Of a DNA stretch of 64,000 bases, positions 11,640 to 23,299 are shown piece after piece. Position 1 is the stretch's first letter. The number at the start of each line of letters is the position of its first letter. Source of the stretch: Heterodontus francisci (lineage: Eukaryota). The position numbers and the translations under genes are program-made. The DNA is taken from assembly GCF_036365525.1 (NCBI RefSeq), contig NC_090399.1, positions 11,593,558 to 11,657,557 of the forward strand, read 5' to 3'. The notes under the pieces were generated by a model. The model was given only the letters and a program-made list of their open reading frames with translations. It was not told where the DNA came from and did not search any database.

Positions 11640-14300
11640 AGTAAGATTTCTTTACTTTTATACTTCAATTTCTTTGTAACAACAGCTAACATACCATTTG
11701 CCTGCTAATTGCTTGCTGTACCTGGAATGTTAACTTTCTGTGATTCATAAACAAGGACATCCAGGTCCTACTGAATGCAAATATTTCCCACTCTTTCAAC
11801 ATTTAAAACATGTTCTGCTTTTTTAGTTTTCCTACCAAAGTGGATAACGTCACACTTCGTCACATTCTATTCCATCTGCCAGATTCTTGTCCACTCATCC
11901 AACCTGTCTGTATCCCACTGCAGCCTCCTTACGTCCTCCTAGAGTCATAGAGAGATACAGCACTGAAACAGGCCCTTCGGCCCACCGAGTCTGTGCTGAC
12001 TATCAACCACCCATTTATACTAATCCTACATTAATCCCATATTCCCTACCACATCCCACAATTCTCCCACCACCTACCTACACTAAGCACAATTTACAAT
12101 GGCCAATTTACCTATCAACCTGCAAGTCTTTTGGCATGTGGGAGGAAACCGGAGCACCCGGAGGAAACCCACGCAGACACAGGGAGAACTTGCAAACTCC
12201 ACACAGGCAGTACCCAGAATTGAACCCAGGTCCGCTAACCACTGCGCCGCCCCTCCTCACCATTTACTTTTTATATCGTCAGCAAACTTGGATATGTTAT
12301 ACTAGGCCTGCTCATCTAAGTCATTAATATAGATTGTAAGTAGCTGAGGCATGGGTACTGATCCACACGGTACCCCACTAGTTACGGCTCGCCAATCCAA
12401 AAATGTCCTGTTTATGCCTATTCTCAATTTTCTGTCCTTTCACCAATCCTCAATCCCTGCTAATATATTACCACTGATCTCATGAATCTTAATTTTGTGT
12501 AATGACCTCTTGTAAGGCACCTTATCAAATGCTTTTGAAAATCCAAATACACCACATTCACGAGTTCCCCCTTATCTATCCTACTAGTTACAGCCTCAGC
12601 AAATGCAACAGATTTGTCAAACATGATTTCACTTTCATTAATCCATGATGACTCTGCTTAATTATATTTTGATTTTCTAAGTGCCCTGTTACCATGTCCC
12701 TAATAATAGTTTATAGCATTTTGCCTATTATTAATATTAGGCTTACTGGTCTATCAGTCCCTGATTTCTCTTTTCCTCCTTTATTAAATAGCAGGGTTAT
12801 GTTTTCTACCCTCAAATCCTTGGGAACTGTTCTGGAATCTAAGGAATTCTGGAAGATCAATGCTAATACATCCACTATCATTGCAGCCTCCTCTTTTAAA
12901 ATTCTAGGATGCAAGTCATCATGTTCAGATGATTTGTCACCACTGAGTCCCATTACTTTCTCCAGTTGCTTTACTTATACTCATTTCTTTAAAGTTTCTC
13001 ATTATTGTTAGTTGGTTCCAGAATGCTTTTGTGTCTTCTACTATAAGGGCAGATACAAAGTAATGGTTTAATGTCACCAGTCTTTGCTCCTAATTGGCCC
13101 ACATTTACTTTCTCTATTTCTTCCTATTTCAATACCTATAGAAATGTACGCAATCTGTTTTTATGTCTCGTGCTAGTCTACTCTCATTCTATTTTCTCAT
13201 TCCTTATCAATTTTTTGGTCTTCCTTTGCTGAATTGTAAAATCCTCCCAATCCTCTGGCTTACTACTCTTTTTGGCAGCATTATCAGACTCTTCTGTTGA
13301 TCTAATTCTATCTTTCACTCCTCTTGTTAGCCACAGTTGGACCACCTTTTCTATGGGTTTTTGTGCCTTAAAGGAATATGTGATTGTTGAAAATTATGTA
13401 TTAATTCTTTAAATGCTAGTCATTGCTTGTCTACTGTCATATCTTATAATGTAGTTTTCCAAACTACCTTAGCTAACTCTCCCCTCATACCTGTGTATTT
13501 TACTTTGGTTAGATTTAAGACTCTAGTTTCAGACTTAATTACTTTCAAACTCAATATAAAATTCTATTATATTATGCTCACTCTTCCTTAAAGGTCCCTT
13601 TATCACAAGGTTATGAATTCACCCCTTCTCATTGCACAATACTAGATCCAAAATAGCTGTCCCTTGGTTGGTTCCTTGACATATTGATCTAGAAAACTAA
13701 CTTTTATTCATTCCATGAACTTGTCCTCCTCATTATTACTGCAAATTTGGATTACCCAGTCTATACGAAGATTAAACTCTCCCATGAATACTTAATAACC
13801 CTTTTTACTGTGCCTCTAATATCCTGATTTATACTCAGCTGTACACTACAACTACTGTTAGGGGGCCTATAAAAAACGCCCACCAAAATTTTCTGCCTCT
13901 TGCTGTTTCTTAGCTCCACCTAAACTGATTCTGCTTCTTAATTTCTGAGCTAAGTTCCTTTCCCTCTACTTTATCCCATTCTTCATTATCAGGGCTACCC
14001 CTCCTCCTTTTCTGTTTTGATATTTCTTCTAAATGTTAAGTATTCTGGAATATTTAGTTCCCAATTTTGGTCACTTTGTAACCATGTCTCCAGAATGGCC
14101 ATTAGTTCAAACCTATTAATTTCTATCTGTGCAACTAATTCATTTAATTTTTTGTGAATGCTTCATTCCTTCATATATAACACCTTTAGCTCTGACTTTT
14201 TGCTAATTATCTCTGAAGTCATCTTAGTCATCAGTTAGTATTGTTACTCTCACTGTCCCTTCTTGACCAACTCTGCTTAATTTTATCCGAAATTCTATTC
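11640..14300 (-). mobile_element. Degenerate CR1 LINE ORF2
   Basis: DKS..DDLHPRILKE...LLFNKGGKEK..RPVSL on minus; endonuclease YRPP near 13865. Confidence 0.8.
11941..12252 (-). mobile_element. V-SINE nested in CR1
   Basis: Same family as 2932-3243. Confidence 0.85.
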
Positions 14301-14463
14301 CGTTCTACAGACTTGATATTTCCCTTGCTACCCTTTTCTGAATCCTCCCGCCCTCCCCCCCTCCACCCTGCCATGCCCCCACCTGGAATTATTTTCCATG
14401 AAAAGCTCTAAACTCAAACCAATGTGCAGAAATCTGAAACAATCATTTCATGCTGTTAAAAAA

Positions 14464-14544
14464 TTTATTAAATCCGGACCATCTGCTCAGCAGTAAATCA
14501 TATGATAAATAAATAAATACATCAATTAATAAATATATTTAAAT
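14464..14544 (-). promoter_or_regulatory. AU-rich element and polyadenylation signal, TNF copy 1
   Basis: Six AUUUA pentamers on minus (three overlapping at 14506-14518), then AATAAA at 14469-14464, about 1.5 kb after the stop codon. Confidence 0.75.
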
Positions 14545-15991
14545 AATAACTTAGATCAATCTGGAACGACCGAAACTTGACAATATTTATGCCACTGAAT
14601 GACATCTTTAAAATAGATGTTACATTTTATACAAAACACAGATTGTGGTCACTGCACCACAATTAATATCCAACAGTCAAACATTTGAGATAGAAAATCT
14701 CCCGGTGTATGGAACCAATCAGATCTTTTGCTGGGATCACTGCCTGAATAATGGCCAATGGTGACTGCAAGGCATGATGGGAATAAGACTTCTCCATGGC
14801 AGCCAACCAGGAAACAATCCCAACAATGAACCTCAGATAAGAGCAGCATACATTCGACTCAAATAAAGCAGAATTAAACCAATAATAGTTCCTTCAAATT
14901 ATTCACAGTCATGCATTTTTGGGTGGTTTTGACAGTGCTCGTAGAATATACTTTCCCTTTTTAATTGGTTAAGTGTCAATCAATCACTTTTCAGAAAGTT
15001 AACATCCTGTGAAAAGTTGACCAATCACATTGTAGAAGGGGAAAGCCAGTTGGCTGCTGGGAGATTGGTTGGCCTTCATCAGCCAACAGAAATCTCAGAG
15101 GCTTTGCATGAGCATCGCCACTGAAGATCCAAGGAGATATGAGAGATATATTATAACACAAATAGATGACAAGGCATGGGCCATACTCTTCAAGGACCAA
15201 TAACAGGTCACACAGGCTAACCAGTCTGAATATCAGACCTGATAACCCACTTGTAGCTCTTGGGATTGTCTAATTACCCTCTCCCTGAGGAGTACCAGTT
15301 TAAATAACATGAACAACATTAAATGTCAATTAAGTACGAAATAAATTAAAGGACCAGTTGCTGATAGAGTTAAATTAAATGAGAAAATTAGCTTATTTAG
15401 AGCACAGTTATCGAAAACTGTCTCTTTGCACATTTACACAATTCATCTCATCAAACATGACGAATCGTGCACAGCAGTGAATCACCTAGACCTGCTCCCA
15501 GTGTTAAAGGTATTTGGGAGAACAGAAACATCATAGGGACAGATGTAGGTCATTCAGCCCCTCCAGCCGATTCAGACTGACATGTCCAGTCTATCTGGCA
15601 GTTTAACAGTGGCTCGTGAATCCTGAGAGAGATGCATAATTCTTCAGACTTCACCAATTGCTCTCAATACAGGATTAAAGGCACAGAGAGTGAACGAGGA
15701 GAGGCACAGACTCCCTCCGATCACTAACACTCTGGACTGTGCAATCAATCTGGAGTGGCAGAGCTGAAAGTACAGTGTGATAACCCACCACACTACCCAA
15801 TTCTAAAACACCAACACATTTGATAGTTTCTGTCTCTGCAAGTGTTTAAATAAAATGAAGGAGAAATGAGTCTCTTTGTCCAATTAGTGCAGGATAGGAC
15901 AATGTGTCCTGAACAGTTTCCATTGTATTTCAATCTGAAATTCTCAATCAGTCATCATTACTGGCCAAACGCTAGAAGTGACTCAGGTTCC

Positions 15992-18003
15992 TCACAAAGC
16001 AAATATTCCAAAGAAGCTCTTTCCTTGGGCAGTGTCTACATATCTCACCAACTCCTCACTAACCCTGGAGTAGATCTGATCTCCCTCCTCAAACTCAAAT
16101 ATGGCTCCCTGATAGGAGGTCTTGTACCAGGGATCTCCGTGTTGGCGGGAATGACAGTCTGACTTGGTGGCTCTCAGTAGCAAGACTTCCTCTGGATAAC
16201 TGGGTGAGAGCTTGGCGAGCTCGTGGCTCAGATACACAGTCTTATCCTGACAGCCCCTGCTGTAGAAGACCACCTGGGTGTAGACAAAGTACCGACCAGG
16301 GGTCTTGATGACGAGACTGTTGTCTGTGAACTCCACGCCCTCGGCAAAGGTGGAGTCCGCCTCATTCTGCCAAATCACATTCTTTCCTTTGCTAGTTGGT
16401 GAAGCTGAAGAGAGAAAGAGAGAGGGAGAAACTTAAGGACGGAATAAAGACAAAGCAACAATTTGCATTTATATAGTGCCTTTCACATCCTCAGGACATC
16501 CCAAAGCACTTTACAGCCAATGAAGTACTTTTTGAAGTGTAGTCACTGTTGTAATGCAGGAAATGGGGCAACCAATTTCTCCCCTGCACTTCCCCAATAG
16601 GATTGTAGCTGTTTCTGTTCACAGATCTTAAATATTAAACAGTACAAGCTCGATACATGGGACACTGAAGGAAGCATTGCTAAATGTCCAAAAAACTGAG
16701 TGGAATTAACTGGCCTTGGCCAGACAATGAATAGATGGGATACATAAAGCAACACAACACAAAAGGGGGCCATTCAGCCCATTGTGACTGTGCTGTATCT
16801 TTGGGTGAACTATCCAATTAATCCTAATGCCCAATTCTTTCCCCAGCACCCTGTAATTTTCTGCTGTACTACAGTGGGAGGGCCTCACTTCAGGATACGG
16901 GGTTATTAATAAGGTTAAGAATGTTCTGGTACCTGTCAGGTGAGCTGCGATTCTCCCCCTCGGGTCATTTCCCACCTGTTTCATGAGATGAGGGAGACCT
17001 GGAAAATGAAAAGGCAGATTCTCAGTTACTATTGTAACACACTCAGACCCAAAACTAACTGACAGAGAGAGTGAGAGATAGTGAGAGTGAGACAGAGTGA
17101 GAGAGAATGATGGAAAGGAAGAAATGGAGACCGAGAGATAGTGAGAGAAAATGATAGAGTGTGAGACTGATACAGGCAGAAACATTTTCAGAGTGAGAGA
17201 TTCTGAAAGAGATTGATATATAGGTGTGCAGACAGTTTGATACAAAGAAAGATACGGAGCCATATTGATAGAGAATTCGATTGAGGGAACACTCACCACT
17301 GTTACTCGGGACTGTTGTCAGCGGAGAATGAATCTGCTCAGACTGTAATCTTACTTCCTGTAGAAATTAAACAAAGAAAGAGGTTAAGATGTGAAATTCA
17401 CCCTGAATAATTCAACAGGAACATCTGTACAAAGGTTCAGTCCAGTTTGTTTGCGTTGCACAGAGAGACTGGGTGTGGAGGGGAAGATTCAGACTCTGAT
17501 TCTCATCCTGCAGATTGACAACAGATAGTTTATCAGAAAACAAGTCTTGGCTAAAGCTGAATAATGTACAGGATTGGTTATTAAATGGCTGCATGTTTTC
17601 AATCCAGGCCGTACTGAGGTGTTCAGAGAGAACAGTAAAACCCAACAGCCGCATTAACTGGGTGAACACAGTTTACTGTTTCACTGCAAGGAGCAGTGAG
17701 GACAGACACTGAAATCACTTCACAGCTTTACACCACACTGAAAGCAGCCTCTCGGAGGAATGCAAGGAACAAAGGAAAGGCAACAAGACGGAACTCGATC
17801 ACTGTTTTTCAAATAAAATCACACACCTGGTTTGAAGATAAAACTCCAAGCTGACAGAGTAACAGGTAGGAAGACACAGCCAGCAAACCCAGCACAGCCA
17901 CTGCACAGAGAGACTGCCAGAAACAGCTTCTCTTCGGCTCTGACTGCCTGAGTGTAACCATTCCTCCAGTCTCAAGGTCCAGCAACTTGTTCTCACAACT
18001 CAT
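15992..18003 (-). CDS. TNF: TNF-alpha-like cytokine, copy 1; exons 18003-17827, 17357-17297, 16998-16933, 16404-15992; 238 aa
   Basis: Manual splice: 177+61+66+413=717 nt, all introns GT-AG, phases 0/1/1 as in vertebrate TNF. Exon 1 encodes a type II TM anchor (KRSCFWQSLCAVAVLGLLAVSSYLLLC). Exon 3 ends in IAAHLT. Exon 4 encodes the TNF homology domain (LVIKTPGRYFVYTQVVF, two Cys, WY..YQGAIF, FFGIFAL-stop). TNF versus lymphotoxin orthology needs a phylogeny. Confidence 0.9.
16455..16620 (-). mobile_element. Deu-domain SINE remnant in TNF intron 3, internally deleted (also 31586-31751)
   Basis: ttgcatttatatagtgcc L2-type tail plus ttttgaagtgtagtcactgttgtaatg, resembling my recollection of the AmnSINE1/SacSINE1 Deu domain. 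Confidence 0.65.
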
Positions 18004-18110
18004 GGTGTTAGATGTCAGTCGGAACTTTGTTAGTAGCAGCCTTGTGTCTGACCCAGCGCCTCTCACTCTCAGTTCTCTGAGTGCTTTGTGATTGCTGCAG
18101 CTTCACGGCA

Positions 18111-18199
18111 GCTCTTTATAAAGAGCAGAGTCACATCACTGGTAAGTGTGATGCAATGGAGTAGGAAATACCCAACCGAAAGCAGCAACGATTGGAAAA
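18111..18199 (-). promoter_or_regulatory. Proximal promoter of TNF copy 1
   Basis: TATAAA inside palindrome GCTCTTTATAAAGAGC (18111-18126), about 110 nt upstream of the ATG; TGATGCAAT C/EBP-ATF motif 18149-18157; kB-like GGGTATTTCC (minus, 18164-18173); NFAT core TGGAAAA 18193-18199. Confidence 0.7.
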
Positions 18200-18459
18200 C
18201 GGCAACTTCTCCCGAGGCCAATGTGAGAATGATGTGAGACTGGATCTGTTCAACTTTCACTGAACATAGAAATAATTCGGCAGTTTCACCAATGCTGGGG
18301 AAACTTTAACAAAACTAAAAGTGGGCACTGTACATTGTCCCATGTTCTAAATGTGCTAATGACTGTGTCATTAACAATGAGAGAGAAAATACAGAGAAAG
18401 ATAACGTTTTTACAAATGTACGGAGAGAGTGACTCGGGGATACTCTAATCGACATTAAA

Positions 18460-19285
18460 GAAATGGTAGACTTGTTAAATAAGGGAGGTAGTTTTTGGAT
18501 TAATGTAAGTAAAAAATAACGGACAAATTAATGAGACTGAAGATCGAGAAGTTTCCAGGACCTGATGGCTTTCACCACAGAAAAAGTCGATAGAAAGATA
18601 TGAAGAGAGAAAAAATAAATTACTGAGGATCTTACATTTATATAAGAAAGATGCAACCAATTCACACTCGGAAGATCCCACAAACAGCAATGATTTAAAT
18701 AACCAGACAATCTGTTTTGGTGATTTTGGTTGAGGGATGTACATTGGAAAGGATACAGGTTCACAAGGGATATATTGGCCTTGGAGGGTTGCAGCACAGA
18801 TAGACTAGAATTGCACCAGGACAATGAGGGTTAAATTACAAGGCGAGGTTGTATAAACTTGTCTTGTGTTCCCTTGAGTATATGAGATTGAGGGGTTAAG
18901 GTGGTTAAAATGTTAAAGGATTTGATCGAGTAGATGTGTAGAAATTATATACTGTGTTGGATGATCCAAGGATAAGTGAACATAATCTTAATGTTCGAGC
19001 AAGACCATGTTGAGCGAATTTCAGGAAGTGCTTTTTCACACAAAAGTTTGTAGAAATCTTGGACTCTCTCTCGCCAAATGATAGCGAATGTTGTGTCATA
19101 ATTGGAGTGTTCAAGACTGAGATGGACAGATGTTTGTTCATTCAGAATATCAAGGGATATGGAGTAAAGGCTGGTGGATCGAGGTGAGATACAGATCTGC
19201 CATGACTTAAATGAATGTTGGAACAGGCTGGAGGGTGGAACAGGCTTGAGGGGCTGAATGGCCTCACGCTGTTCATTTGTTCCTC
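18460..19285 (+). mobile_element. CR1 fragments plus Deu-SINE fragment (about 18648-18745) upstream of the promoter; repeated at about 33575-34400 and 52255-53085
   Basis: CR1 C-terminal similarity (ALRGLNYKARLYKL..SLEY.RLRG); aagatcccacaaacagcaatg...accagacaatctg Deu-like motif. Confidence 0.6.
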
Positions 19286-19789
19286 TGCTCCAGATGACTT
19301 TGACCAGGCAGTGTTACTCTACAGCTAACCTGTGTTACACTTGATGTGGAATAGTTATAAGCTGGCAAGTGTCAGGAGGACTTTATCTGCATTTAACACA
19401 CCGAGTACTTTCCTGGGATTTGGAAAGAGTTTCCAATCCAACGATGGCCTGATTCATGTCAATAAATGTATATTTCCATTAACCATCACTCCCTTCCCCA
19501 ACATCAATGTTCTTTAATCTACCTTCTAGAAATAGGGAACTACATTATTGTCAAATCCCCTTTGTCTTTTTACATGGTATACAATTCTTTCCCAGAAAGG
19601 GAAGGTGTTGTTCTGAAGCCGAACACATTCGTCATGTTAATCTTACAGAGCCAATATTTCCACTTTGTGGGGGAATCCAGAAGAAGGGAACATCATTTGA
19701 GGTTAAAGCCAGGAGTGTAATTGGGAAGCAGTTCTTTACACAAAATGTAGTTTATATATTTATATAGCTGGAGAAGCAGTTATAGTTCA

Positions 19790-20065
19790 ATGTCGAGGTT
19801 TACAATCCATTAAACTTCTTTAGCTGATACAGTGTGAATGGTTGTGATGCCATCAGGAATGGATCTCACAGGGCAAGAGTTCAAGATGTGGGCCAATGAC
19901 TGACCTGGAGGGTCACAGTCACAATTTGAGCTGGTCCTTGGGATCCACTCATGAAGCAAGGAGCCAAATCTTCCCTGGTCCATCCTCAAGTGGTTGATGA
20001 TTGTCCAAATATTCCATGGGAGGTTGAAACCTGGGACTTCACCACTCAGTTTAGTTATCAGGCTG
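19790..20065 (-). mobile_element. 3' end of an Ingi/Vingi-like LINE (longer copies at about 34900-35300 and 53595-53990)
   Basis: WRIINHLR...RCGSLLHKW...NCDC...QTITHILNSCP...WIVNLDIEL zinc-knuckle C-terminus; clade call from recall. Confidence 0.5.
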
Positions 20066-20309
20066 CGTTGTTTTAAGGTCCTGTATCAATGCGACTGTGT
20101 CGTGGAAATCTGGAACTCTCTTCCTCAAAAGGCTGAGGATGTTGTGTCAATAGAAACATTCAAAAGTGTGGTTGATCGAATTTTCAGGGTTTATCAAGGG
20201 ATATAGAGTAAATATGGGTCAATGGTGTAAAACAGATCAGCCATGATCGAATTGAAAGGCTGCATGGCCTTTTCCTGTTCCTGTGTGATGCATGGTAAAC
20301 TCCTCATTT

Positions 20310-21320
20310 TTCAAGTATGTTCCAACTGTCAATGATTTCATTGTCTTCTGTGGGTCCTCTCATTAGTGAACAGTCTGATGTGACATTGGTATGGACGCCC
20401 AGAGAACTGGCAGTTCATAGTGTCATTGTTGGACTTGAGGGAACGTCTGCAGCTGCACCACCTCTGACCTTCCTCTGGGCATGTCGGATGATCCGAGTTT
20501 GGCCTAGATGGTCCCTGAAATACGCTGAACCAGATTTCAGTGCTTGCCCATGTGATCGGTCAGCTGCAGTGCTTTCCCAAGTGTGGTGGATTGCAATGCA
20601 GAATTTTGTGAGCCTTTGTAAGGATGTTCTTATATCATTTATAATGACAACCTTGATGATGTTTGCCCTGAGACAGCTCCGAGAGAAGATCTGCTTGGGG
20701 ATTCTGGAATCATCCATGTGGGAGACATGGCCTTGCCATCTGAGTTGAATATTCTAGAGGGTGGTCTCCATGCTGTTGAGCCAAGCACGATGAAGGACCT
20801 TGTTGTTTGTGATTTCATTCTGGTGTCAAATTCTCACGATGGTTTTAGGTGTAAGCATTCCAGAGCTTTGATGTGGCTCCTATAGCAGACCCAGGATTCT
20901 GTTCACTACAGCAGAGTGGTGAGGACAATGGCCTTGTAGAGATTGATTTCAGTCTTCAGCTTAATGCCTTGTTGCTGCCAAACATGATCATGGAGTTGGC
21001 CCGAGGCAGAACCTGCTTTCTGGATGTGTGCACCAATATCGTCATCACTAGTGACATCCCTAGAGAGCACACCACCAAGGTATGAGATTTTTTCTCCAAC
21101 CGAGACTTGTGCCATCAATGGTTATCTCTGCTGCTTCATAGTGTGTGCCAGTTGCTGGCTGAAACATAACCTCATTCTTGGAGACACTGTTTTGAAGACC
21201 AAAGTTTTTGGCAGCACTTGAGAATTTGTTTGCCATGGTCTGGATGTCTTCCTTGTTGTGGGCAGCTAGGGAACAGTCACCTGCATACTGAAACTCTCGG
21301 ATTTCTGCCTCTGTGACTTT
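20310..21320 (-). mobile_element. RTE-clade LINE fragment, unit 1
   Basis: QYAGD (degenerate YADD), YLGGVLS, RIQKA, LYKAIVLTTLLY, MDDSRIPKQIF, WE..AADRS. Confidence 0.75.
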
Positions 21321-22384
21321 AGTGGAAGCAGTTAAAATCAGGAATGCTCAAGACGACAGAATTAGAGGAGGACAGAGATCTCGATGGTGGTCGGGCTGGA
21401 GGAGATTACAGAGTTTGGGAGGGAAAAGGCCATGGAGGGATTTGAAAACGAGGATGAGAATTTTAAAACGAGGCATTACTTACTTATACCACAGCCAATG
21501 TATGTTGGCGAGCACCTGTGGATGAGCCTGTCACTCCAGAATTGGCCTTTATCGCCACTCCAGGCGCGGCTTCACAAACCACTGACCACCTCCAGGCGCG
21601 TATCCATTGTCTCTCGAGATAAGGAGGCCCAAAAGAACATGCATGATGGTGCGAATTAGCAGATGAGAAGCAGAGTTTTGAATGATGTCAGGTTTTCGGA
21701 GGGCAGAATTGTGGGAGACCAGCTAGGAGAGCTTTGGAATAGTCAAGTCTATAGATAGCAAAGACCTGAATGAGGATTTCAGCAGCAGATGAGCTGAGGA
21801 AAGGGCAGAGTCAGGAGTTGTTACGGAGGTGGAAATAGGCGGGCAAGTTGTTGGCACAGATATGAGGTCAGGAGATCATCTTGGGGACAGAAGACAAGAG
21901 CTTCAGTTTTCTCAATATTTAATTGGAGGAAATTTCTGCTCATTCAGTCCTGGAAGTTGCACCAGCAGTCTGACAATTTTGAACTGAACAATTTTGAGAG
22001 AACTGTTAATAATATTGGCTAACATGGGAGTCAGGAGGGGAAGCTGGGTCGTCGGCAATGTAGTGGGAATAGGTCTGAGAGAGCAGGACTTGGATCTTAT
22101 GGACAAGATAATCTCAGAGTGTTTCTTTCAGTGATGGAGACAGAAGAAGCAGGGTTGGGACGGGAAAGAGGGATAAATGTGGAGAGCGGTAGAAGGAAGT
22201 GATCAGAGATGACTTTATCTGTGATAAATGGAACTGCAGTGAAATGCGAAGCTAGATTATGTGCTGAAGTCCTTGACCTTTGACCCAGAAACATAAGTGT
22301 GGCAGAGCTGACACTTAAAAGGGGTGTAGACACCCTTTATGGGTGAATCCTTGATGGTTTGACAGCGTCATTAGAGTGGATGCC

Positions 22385-22760
22385 TGAAGGTTAGATTCCA
22401 CCTTTAAATGGGGTCTCTGATGGTTAAACACTCTCTTTAGATTAGCTTTCTGATGGTTAGACTCCCTCTTTAGATGGGGGTCTCAGATGGTTAACACTCT
22501 GTTTAGATGGGTATCTCTGATGTTTAGCCACCCTCTTTAGTTGTAGCCTCTGACGGTTAGTTCCCCCTTTAGATGGGGGTCTCTGATAGTTAGACTCCCT
22601 CTTTTGATGGGAGTCTCTGATGGTTCGGCCCCCTCTTCTGATTGGGGTCTCTGACGGTTAGACCCCTCTTCTGATGGTGATCTCTGATGGTTAGCCTCCC
22701 TCTTTAGATGGTGGTCTCTGATGGTTAGAATGCCTCTTTAAATGGGGTTTCTGCTGGTTG
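22385..22760. repeat. About 34-bp minisatellite (GATGGTTAGACTCCCTCTTTAGATGGGGGTCTCT)n; paralogues at 38325-38764 plus 40334-40580, and 56725-57170
   Basis: Visible tandem periodicity; copy number differs between units. Confidence 0.9.
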
Positions 22761-23112
22761 AACTCTCTCAAGCTTTGTTGAGCACATCCTGTCCAACTAA
22801 CCCTCCTGCTCCATAGACCCCTTCCCACTAAACTGCTGAGCCCCCTATTCCACACTGGCCCTCAAATGCTCACTGGCATTGTAAATGTTTCTCTCTGGCT
22901 GAGTGGTGAATATGGAAATCCCATCCTGAGGAAATGCAGAGGGCATGTACTGAAGAGTACGGAATAAGATGCTGAGAACACTCAGGAGCAGACACACATC
23001 ACTCAGCCTTCTTGGGTAAATCTGTCCAGGAGAAGGCGAATGTTTATTTCAAACACAGTCTGGATGGGACCAAGAGACTTGATAGGAAACCACGGTAGGG
23101 AATCCATGTCTG

Positions 23113-23147
23113 ATCATCATCATCATCATCATCATCATCCCATCATC
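23113..23147. repeat. (CAT)n microsatellite; longer at 40895-40950, shorter at 57520-57541
   Basis: Directly visible. Confidence 0.9.
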
Positions 23148-23299
23148 GACCGAGAGGCTTTTTCTTAATTTAAAACTTTTCCATTAGCTGGGCTGTAAAT
23201 TGTCTCATCTTTCGAACTTTCTATTTTCTGATAAGTACTATCAGCCTTTCAAAATGGTCACCCTCTGACCGACTCCCAATCATGTTATCCAATCTACAA

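Noticed and set aside
14392-14404. Roquin CDE-like stem-loop (UUUUC-AUG-GAAAA)
   Set aside because: The loop is not pyrimidine-purine-pyrimidine, it lies beyond the polyA signal, and it is not kept in copies 2 and 3. I saw no canonical CDE in the UTRs.
16706-17299. 197-aa ORF (and 31837-32430)
   Set aside because: It is intron 2 and 3 read-through around the 66-nt exon 3, kept open by CT-rich low-complexity sequence.
18004-18066. N-terminal extension MRGAGSDTRLLL of the exon 1 ORF
   Set aside because: The ORF caller used a non-ATG start; the first ATG is at 18003 (aacaccATGa, good Kozak context) and gives a TNF-sized exon 1.
22385-22760. CRISPR-like array of about 34-bp hairpin repeats
   Set aside because: There are no unique spacers and no cas genes, and the context is vertebrate; it is a minisatellite.
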